A DNA stretch of 64,000 nt, from the NCBI GenBank assembly GCA_963751585.1, contig CAVVVB010000014.1, forward strand, positions 81,828-145,827, given 5' to 3'. The notes beneath the pieces were generated by a model, which did no database searches, was not told where the DNA came from, and was given only the letters and a program-made list of their open reading frames with translations. Both the position numbers and the translations under genes were made by a program. Within the stretch, counting starts at the first letter, position 1; the number at the start of each line of letters is the position of its first letter. Of the stretch, positions 57,314-64,000 are shown piece by piece. The DNA is from an uncultured Chloroflexia bacterium (GTDB taxonomy: Bacteria > Chloroflexota > Dehalococcoidia > GIF9 > UBA5629).

Positions 57314-58558
57314 ATGAAAAAGATATTTCTATCAGCAGCAGGTGTGTTTCTAATAGCCGGTTGGATTTTCACCGGCTGTGCACAACCTGCCCAAACGCCA
57401 TCCGGATCCGTAACACAGGCGACCACCTCGCCAAAGACATTGGACATTGGCATTGCCACCCCACTAACCGGGCCAACGGCATTTGTGGGCGGCTACTACC
57501 GAAATGCAGCCTTGCTGGCGATGGATGACCAGAACAAGGAAGGCGGAGTCACTATTGCCGGGCAAAGGTACGTGCTAAATGCCATCGTCCGTGATACTAA
57601 ACAGGATTTGGTTCTTGGCAAGAGCATTGCTGAGGAGCTCATTTTTGACAAAGGGATAAAGGTCATTATTGGTCCTTTCATTTCGGACGCCATCGGTGCC
57701 CAGAGAGTTACCGAGCCCAACAAGGTAATAACCTTTCTAGCGGGGGAGATTGTCAAGGGTATGTGTGCTCCAGACAAGCCCTATTCCTTCTTCTGCAATT
57801 CCACCTTCGAGCAGTCTTATGTTAATCCTGCTGCCTACGTACAAAAATTCTATCCAGAATTAAGGAATGTGATTTCCATGTCGCCCGACCTTCCTAGCTT
57901 GCCATCGTATGTGGCTGCAATTGAAGCAGTGTTACCACAATACCATTTGAACTGGCTGGGCATGGAGAAGTTCCCTTTGGGCACGAAGGACCTGACACCG
58001 GTAATTTCACGCGTAATGGCTAAGAACCCGGACATCATAGACATCTGCTGCACGGGTGGGATGGCCGGCATAGGCAGCCTTTCTATAAAACAGCTGCGGG
58101 AACAAGGTTTTAAGGGCCCTATTTTGGTTCCTCTTCCGCCTTCCATAGGTGAGCTGGAAGAGGTCGTGCCCAAGGAGTATCTTACCAAAATTGTCATTAA
58201 CTACCCTGACAAGGATAGTCCAATAGTTAGTGAGGCCTTTCGTACTGTATACAATGAGGCCAAGGAGAGATATCAGCAAGACCCTGAGACCCCCCTGTTT
58301 TTCTTCTATAACCCGGTGAGAGCTTTCTTCAAGTTTCTGGATGGTCAGGATACTATGGATAGTACCGCGTGGATGGAAGGTTTTGCTAGATACCACTGGC
58401 AAGGGATATTTGGATTTGAGAACTACTGGGTGGGGAAGAAGGTTTGGGGGATTGATCGACACGTCTTTGTCTATCCTTGGGTCTCGGAGTACATAGATGG
58501 CAAGCTGGTAACTCAATTTTCAGCTCCCATTCCTTACGACATGTTTGTGGAAAAGTAA
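57314..58558 (+). CDS. Liv-type solute-binding lipoprotein (third paralog)
   Basis: Signal and lipobox (FTGCAQP). DIGIATPLTGPTAFVGGYYRNAALLAMDDQNKEGGV. Confidence 0.75.
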   Translation: MKKIFLSAAGVFLIAGWIFTGCAQPAQTPSGSVTQATTSPKTLDIGIATPLTGPTAFVGGYYRNAALLAMDDQNKEGGVTIAGQRYVLNAIVRDTKQDLVLGKSIAEELIFDKGIKVIIGPFISDAIGAQRVTEPNKVITFLAGEIVKGMCAPDKPYSFFCNSTFEQSYVNPAAYVQKFYPELRNVISMSPDLPSLPSYVAAIEAVLPQYHLNWLGMEKFPLGTKDLTPVISRVMAKNPDIIDICCTGGMAGIGSLSIKQLREQGFKGPILVPLPPSIGELEEVVPKEYLTKIVINYPDKDSPIVSEAFRTVYNEAKERYQQDPETPLFFFYNPVRAFFKFLDGQDTMDSTAWMEGFARYHWQGIFGFENYWVGKKVWGIDRHVFVYPWVSEYIDGKLVTQFSAPIPYDMFVEK

Positions 58559-58955
58559 GGATGTCTCGGTAGATAGCCTATCAAGCGGACTCAAATTGTG
58601 TTCCAGGGATATCTTTCATAGAAGACCGTCGGATAAAGCCTGCGAAACCTTCTCATCTCTTGTCGCCGGCGAAATCTGAACTGAAATCGTCTGATTTTGA
58701 AGTGTATGACTCCGCCCCAATAGAGTAGGAAGATTATGACTAGAGTTTTCCGCCGCTAAGAAGATAAAACTGAAGAAAGCGCACAACGACTGTTCTTACG
58801 GTCGTGGTTATCGATAATTGAAAATAGTTTTCACTAATCTATGAGGTCCTAACTGGCGCTTATCGCCGACCGGTTCTAAGATCGGTCACCATTTGGAATA
58901 GCTTTAATTACTTGTTTTTCTAATCGCGATGGGTCAATTTGGAATGGATACTAGT

Positions 58956-59555
58956 CTAACCCATGAAAGGCATCAAGTGTATTAGCCAGACACCAGCAAA
59001 TATCAGGATTAGGTATTTGGGTAATTTGCCCACCCACAATGCTAATAGGAACTTATGTACTGGCATTTTGGCCAATCCGGCAACAATTCCACCTATTTCC
59101 ATGGGCAGGACCGGCTGAAAGGAGAGAAAGGCTACAGCCCATAGGCCATAACGTCGAATCCAACCCTGCATTAAATTGTAACCCGGCAGATTATCAGGTA
59201 TAGCCACCTTTTTACTTATGAAACCGACATAGTAACCGCTAAGTTCGCCTATACATGCGCCCAAGCTGCCGGATAACGCTATCAGTATAGGATTCCATGT
59301 TGCGGCAGCAGCAATCATTATGGCTACCGCAAAGGGCAACGGCATGAAAGAAATGTTAACCACCAGCGCTATCCCGAAAATCGTCAGATAGGCTAAAGGC
59401 CCAAATCCATGTACAGGGAAGCGGGCCCCTTTCAAGAAATAATGAATGACGAACGTGATCCCCAGACTCAGGATAATAAAGACTACAAAAGCCACAATAA
59501 GTCTGACCCAATTAACCTGATCTTGCCGTTTTGTCTCCGGATTGGCTTGTTGCAT
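58956..59555 (-). CDS. DedA/VTT-domain (TVP38/TMEM64-like) membrane protein
   Basis: ~200 aa, polytopic, with the VTT-domain G-rich loop pattern (SGSLGACIGELSGYYVG). Confidence 0.6.
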   Translation of the reverse strand: MQQANPETKRQDQVNWVRLIVAFVVFIILSLGITFVIHYFLKGARFPVHGFGPLAYLTIFGIALVVNISFMPLPFAVAIMIAAAATWNPILIALSGSLGACIGELSGYYVGFISKKVAIPDNLPGYNLMQGWIRRYGLWAVAFLSFQPVLPMEIGGIVAGLAKMPVHKFLLALWVGKLPKYLILIFAGVWLIHLMPFMG

Positions 59556-59867
59556 TTAGTTGCCTGACACGAGATTTTCACCCATCGATTTTGAAGCTTA
59601 CCCTCAGGTACCTATTATACATTATCTTCGTCGTGCCAGGAGAGGGGGGTATGCTTGCAACGAAAAGGCCAAAAAGTAGTTTGTCATGGTATTGGGTACG
59701 TGTCTTCTCCATCTTAATAATAAATTAATATTCTTAATATAAGATATTATTATAATAGAAATACAGGGGACTCAGGCTTATATAGATGACAGCTGATTTT
59801 TACCGTCTTTGAACTAGTGCCGCTATTCAGTAAGAGTCCCAGATAGTATAAACAGGAAGTTCGAATT

Positions 59868-61022
59868 ATGGCTATAAAATCAAAAACGAGTTTTGTTCTT
59901 CTTTTCATCGCAATACTCACATTAATACTGGCAGTCGCCAGCTGTGGTTTCATTGAGGTAGTTACTCCTGCTTCGAATAGTATGCCGACACCTACATCGC
60001 CTACTACTTCTCGACCCACTTCCAGCACCACACCAAATACCTCGATAGCCCCAATATCCATATCTCCTTCAACTGCTACTAATTCGGCTTTTCCAGACTT
60101 TGTATCGGTAATAACCGCAGTCGAGCCATCAGTGGTAGCTATTACTACCAAAGTGACTGATTACAGCTTTTTCGGCAATGCCATTACACAGCAGGGCGAA
60201 GGCTCGGGCTGGATAATAGACAAAAATGGGCTGATCGTTACTAATAATCATGTCGTCGAAGGGGCTAGCAGTGTATCTGTTACCCTGTGGGACGGGAGGA
60301 CTTTCACAGCTGACAGCGTACACACTGACCCTGTAGCTGACCTGGCAATAGTCAAGATTAATTCTCAAGACCTTCCAGCACTTGCTTTGGGCGATTCCAG
60401 CAAACTGCAGGTTGGTCAGTGGGTAATAGCTATTGGCAATTCTCTCGGGATGGGAATCAGTGCTACTAAGGGTATTGTCAGCGCACTAGGGGTTACTCTG
60501 CCGGAATCCCAAGGTCAAACACTCTACGACCTCATCCAGACCGATGCTGCCATTAATCCAGGAAATAGTGGCGGACCTTTGGTGGATCTATCCGGGAATG
60601 TCATTGGTATTAATAGCGCTAAGGTGGCTGCAGTAGGAGTGGAAGGTATGGGCTATGCTATCAGCACAAAAGCAGCCTTGCCAATCATAAACGATCTTAT
60701 TAACAATGGTTATGTTATTCGTCCCTACTTTGGAGCAGACTTCTATACGGTTGACCGTTCCATAGCCCGAAGGTACAGTCTAGCCGTCAATGCTGGAGCC
60801 CTCGTTACCCAGGTTTATTCAAGTGGACCCGCTGACAAAGCCGGAATAGAACCCGGTGATGTGATCATTAATATCGATGGTAAAGATGTTATCTCCGCTA
60901 ATGATTTGTCGAGCATTTTACAGTCTGATCAAATTGGTCAGAATGTAAAGATAACGTATTACCGGGGTGGCAGCCAAAACACGGTTGCCGCCACACTGAC
61001 CCAGACACCTCCACCCCAGTAA
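59868..61022 (+). CDS. htrA: HtrA/DegP-family trypsin-like serine protease with C-terminal PDZ domain
   Basis: Catalytic triad context TNNHVV (His), DLAIVKI (Asp), NPGNSGGPLVD (Ser). C-terminal PDZ (…GALVTQVYSSGPADKAGIEPGDVIINIDGK). Confidence 0.85.
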   Translation: MAIKSKTSFVLLFIAILTLILAVASCGFIEVVTPASNSMPTPTSPTTSRPTSSTTPNTSIAPISISPSTATNSAFPDFVSVITAVEPSVVAITTKVTDYSFFGNAITQQGEGSGWIIDKNGLIVTNNHVVEGASSVSVTLWDGRTFTADSVHTDPVADLAIVKINSQDLPALALGDSSKLQVGQWVIAIGNSLGMGISATKGIVSALGVTLPESQGQTLYDLIQTDAAINPGNSGGPLVDLSGNVIGINSAKVAAVGVEGMGYAISTKAALPIINDLINNGYVIRPYFGADFYTVDRSIARRYSLAVNAGALVTQVYSSGPADKAGIEPGDVIINIDGKDVISANDLSSILQSDQIGQNVKITYYRGGSQNTVAATLTQTPPPQ

Positions 61023-61420
61023 GTAATTTTCCAGATCACAATGCATCGTAATGTGACCAACGGACACCGTATCTATGGTGAATCTCTTTACAAAGGTATT
61101 CCTTTTTATAGACTCTAGAAACTTCAGAAATAATTAGTCACTTTTAAAAGCCTTGGATATCTTTTTTAATGGCCCAGTATGTGCATATACAGCCTAGGAA
61201 TGTATCTGAATTAAGAATCCAAATCTGCCTTCCAAATTTACTTAATAATAGCTCAAACCAAATTCCATAGATAAGACTTACTAGATTAAGATTTCCGTAG
61301 GGAACAGCGTCCCTTGTCTCAGATTTAGGTTGCTAAACCTTTTGTGAAGGAATGCGTTATTAGATGCAATAGACCGATTATCTCCATTAGTTCAGTTTTA
61401 TAGCTCTATTGCGATAGCCG

Positions 61421-61945
61421 ATGAAACTCGTTCGAGACGTAACTATAGTTCTAATTGCTACTATAGCTATACTCGCCTCGGTTCAAGCCACAACCGGGAG
61501 GTTCAGAGTATATGGCTTTAGCATGTTACCTACTATCCAGGATGGTGACTATATCATAGTCAATAAAGCCGCCTACTTGTTTTCGCCACCACAACGTGGC
61601 GACATAATCGCCCTAGAGTCTCCGCAGAAGAACGAGCCTGACCTTATCAAACGAATAATAGCTTTACCGGGCGACACCATTGAAATCAGTGGCGGAATTG
61701 TATTTGTTAACCATACACCACTAGTTGAGCCTTATGTTTTTGAGAAACCGCAGTATGCTCTGCCTCCACAGAAGATTCCTCCCGACAATTATTTCCTTCT
61801 CGGTGACAACCGCAACAACAGTACCGACTCTCATACAGGTTGGACATTACCTCGCCAAAAAATCATCGGCAAGGCTTGGGTTGCCTATTGGCCACCTCCA
61901 GATTGGAGGGCTATCCCACAGGGTAGTATATACGCAGGCAAATAG
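61421..61945 (+). CDS. lepB: Signal peptidase I
   Basis: SMLPTI (catalytic Ser), KRIIALPGDTIEI (catalytic Lys box), GDNRNNSTDS. Confidence 0.85.
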   Translation: MKLVRDVTIVLIATIAILASVQATTGRFRVYGFSMLPTIQDGDYIIVNKAAYLFSPPQRGDIIALESPQKNEPDLIKRIIALPGDTIEISGGIVFVNHTPLVEPYVFEKPQYALPPQKIPPDNYFLLGDNRNNSTDSHTGWTLPRQKIIGKAWVAYWPPPDWRAIPQGSIYAGK

Positions 61946-62365
61946 ATGGTGGGCTTTGGATATGCTTAAACTACATTCCTGGCAAGTAACTGACCTACTG
62001 CCTTAGCTATTAACCTTCTTCTAATACTCCAGGCAATCCTCCCAAGGTTATCCTTTCTGTTTCGGCCAAGTACCATATTGCGCTGTTGCCTGAAGCCCGC
62101 AAGGCCATCTTTTAAGAGTTCAGTATGCGCTGTGTTAACACATATTGCATCCTTCTTGTTTCTGCAAAGTCTAGGTGGGTAGATTTAGTATCAGCATCAC
62201 TGAAAAGGGGGCAAGCCATGCCCAGCATAACTAACATCACGGCAGGTACAGAAAAGGGGATGCCCTTAGCCCAGAAAAGCTCTAATTCATAGTTTCCTAT
62301 GAAATGGGGTATGGTCACCAAAAACTCAGTTTAATATACCCTACAGGTTATTTTCTATTATCCTG

Positions 62366-62617
62366 ATGGCCATTTCAAGTGAGAATCAAGTATGCAATAC
62401 TAAGTTAGATAACACGAATGCATTGAAATCGCAGGTAATGAGGAGTAGCAGTATGAACGCTGATACCGCCCTATATATGCACCAATTAGAAGCTATAGTA
62501 GCTTGTCACCAGAGCGATGGCTACCTACAGAAGTGGGCACAAGACATACTAAAGGAAATGCAATACCAGATAGAATCCGTTGCGCCACCAGCCAAAACCC
62601 TTGTCGCAGTAAAATAA
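62366..62617 (+). CDS. Hypothetical small protein (83 aa or shorter)
   Basis: ORF only. No recognisable motifs. Confidence 0.25.
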   Translation: MAISSENQVCNTKLDNTNALKSQVMRSSSMNADTALYMHQLEAIVACHQSDGYLQKWAQDILKEMQYQIESVAPPAKTLVAVK

Positions 62618-62637
62618 ATCTATCAAAGTGCCATAAG

Positions 62638-63513
62638 ATGATTCCCTGGCTTCTGGCACTGGTTATTTTTGCTGTCGGCTGTGCGCCAGGCGGTGCCATT
62701 AACATTAGCGCTCCTGTTCAACAACCGGTAATCAATTCTTTTAGTGTCAGCCCGCCAAGCATTTCAGCTGGCGAATCTGCGACACTCAGCTGGACTGTCA
62801 CTGGAGCTACTACAGTTAGCATCGACCAGGGGATAGGCAGTGTGCCTGCTGCCGGGACAATGTCGGCATCACCAACCAAATCCACGACTTACACTTTGAC
62901 TGCCATCAATCCTGCCGGTACAGTCACTGGCTCGGTGACTGCTGACGTGCCCGCAGCATCTAAAGCGCCGCCACAACCTTCGCCGACGGCCGGAACAATG
63001 TCTGCGCCGCCACAACCTTCGCCGGCGCCCAGTACAATGCCTGGGCCCAAACCAACCTCTATTTGCTGTACTCTCACGGTAATAGTCAGCCCTACTGCAG
63101 CAGGAAAGGTTACGCTTGCACCTCCAGGCAATGAGTATGCACCCGGCACCGTGGTTACTCTAACGGCTGTCCCTGGATCAGGCTATAAATTTCACGGCTG
63201 GGGTGGTGCTGTTTTGGGTAACTCAACCGTAATAAGCCGGGTTATAGACTCCAACGAGAGTGTTATCGCCTATTTCACACTAAGCTCTAGCGTCCGTGAT
63301 CTCGATGTATCCGTAAGCCCTCCTGGGACAGGCGAGGTCATATATTCGCCTGGAGACTATAAATGTGGCACTGTGGTCACTTTATGGGCTACTCCTCAAC
63401 GGGGCTATCAATTTGACCACTGGGGTGGTGCTGTTTCGGGTACGTCAGCCACGATAAGCCAAAGTATAGGCTCCAACGAGAGCATTGTCGCCTATTTCAA
63501 GCAAAAGCCTTAG
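62638..63513 (+). CDS. Lipoprotein with one Ig-like domain and two divergent InlB-B-repeat-like domains (GY.F..WGG motif)
   Basis: Start MIPWLLALVIFAVGCAPG has a lipobox. The track ORF begins earlier at 62503 in a region without signal features. Repeated …GY(K/Q)F(H/D)(H)WGGAV.G.S..IS..I.SNES(V/I)(I/V)AYF twice. Confidence 0.6.
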   Translation: MIPWLLALVIFAVGCAPGGAINISAPVQQPVINSFSVSPPSISAGESATLSWTVTGATTVSIDQGIGSVPAAGTMSASPTKSTTYTLTAINPAGTVTGSVTADVPAASKAPPQPSPTAGTMSAPPQPSPAPSTMPGPKPTSICCTLTVIVSPTAAGKVTLAPPGNEYAPGTVVTLTAVPGSGYKFHGWGGAVLGNSTVISRVIDSNESVIAYFTLSSSVRDLDVSVSPPGTGEVIYSPGDYKCGTVVTLWATPQRGYQFDHWGGAVSGTSATISQSIGSNESIVAYFKQKP

Positions 63514-63727
63514 CTCGTTCGGTTTTTGCCAACGCGTCTGACACCGTGAGCCCGTTGCACAAAGTGACGAAATGTTCAATGTGCGGTATTCCATCACATC
63601 ACGGGCAGAAGAAAGGTATGATCTGCGGAAAATGTAAAAGAAAGAGATCCATGGCCCCGAGTTTACCGTGGCGATAGGCATTTGCCCGCATCGATGCTAA
63701 GGGATACGATCTGCTGTTCGGGAACTA

Positions 63728-64000
63728 TTAATGGTGTGGAAATGGCGGATGCGGACTTGTCCTGTTATACGTAAATGGATGATAGTGCCGATAGATATAG
63801 TACCGATAGATATAGTACGGATAATCTGAATAATATGGATAGGACGGAGACGAGTATGCCCCTGATATTACAGTCACAGTGGCCGATGCAGTTACACTGC
63901 CGTAGCTGTTTGTGGTGGTAAGGATATACGTAGTGCTTACGGTGGGGTATACAACTTGTGTTCCAGTGTAAGAGACGGCACCAATGCCCGGATAGATAGA
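63728..64000 (-). CDS. 3' end of a gene entering from beyond the window end: Ig-like domain end plus Tyr/Pro-rich tail; possible 1-nt frame break near 63893-63897
   Basis: Reverse translation gives …YPTVSTTYILTTTNSY, then after a 1-nt shift GSVTASATVTVISGAYSSPSYPYYSDYPYYIYRYYIYRHYHPFTYNRTSPHPPFPHH and stop at 63728-63730. Not in the ORF track because it lacks a start within the window. Confidence 0.3.
   Translation of the reverse strand, partial: SIYPGIGAVSYTGTQVVYPTVSTTYILTTTNSYGSVTASATVTVISGAYSSPSYPYYSDYPYYIYRYYIYRHYHPFTYNRTSPHPPFPHH

Noticed and set aside
58560-58955. tRNA or other small RNA genes in the larger non-coding gaps (58560-58955, 61023-61420, 19180-19463, 49960-50175)
   Set aside because: No cloverleaf-like acceptor/anticodon arrangement or conserved T-loop (GTTCxAxTC) was found by eye. 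I cannot exclude ncRNAs without covariance-model searches.
1-64000. Mobile genetic elements, prophage, integrases or transposases
   Set aside because: No transposase, integrase, recombinase or phage structural genes are recognisable. The only repetitive DNA is short palindromic intergenic units, too small to encode proteins.

Overview
This 64-kb window is bacterial and gene-dense (about 60 genes, roughly 50% GC). Gene content weakly suggests a Dehalococcoidia-like Chloroflexota genome, but I cannot prove the taxon from sequence alone.

The most unusual region is a co-directional minus-strand block at 297-17041. It contains:
- a GntR-HTH regulator fused to a PBP_like (COG1910, molybdate/tungstate-binding type) domain;
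- five paralogous secreted or membrane-anchored proteins (A-E, 4741-15465). Their shared N-terminal domain, about 200 aa, carries the sequence hallmarks of the sulfite-oxidase-fold Moco-binding domain (MsrP/YedY-like) but lacks the Mo-ligating cysteine. These domains are fused to long arrays of near-identical beta-sandwich repeats (BNR/Asp-box-like, InlB-B-repeat-like, IPT/TIG);
- a WtpABC-type tungstate/molybdate ABC importer;
- a purple-acid-phosphatase-like metallophosphoesterase.

The rest of the window is mostly metabolic and housekeeping genes:
- a CocE/NonD hydrolase;
- two nitroreductases;
- a pair of TIGR04076-like Cys-motif proteins next to an SDH/FRD-type flavoprotein and a 2x[4Fe-4S] ferredoxin;
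- three paralogous Liv-type solute-binding lipoproteins with no permease or ATPase nearby;
- a GT4 glycosyltransferase, a FemAB-like GNAT and an NDP-forming CoA-ligase alpha-like trio;
- a sirtuin, MFS transporters, PiT with DUF47 and PhoU;
- acyl-CoA dehydrogenase with etfB/etfA;
- a putative bacterial Vms1/VLRF1-like release-factor-fold protein;
- DegV, PEBP, rhomboid, HtrA and signal peptidase I;
- a cluster of a lone 2-hydroxyacyl-CoA-dehydratase-family subunit with two family-III CoA-transferases and a geranylgeranyl-reductase-like flavoprotein.

Two families of short palindromic repeats recur in at least five intergenic regions.

At least eight genes are split by single-nucleotide frame breaks. 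One is clearly an extra G in a GGGG run inside etfB, so many of these breaks probably reflect consensus indel errors rather than real pseudogenes.
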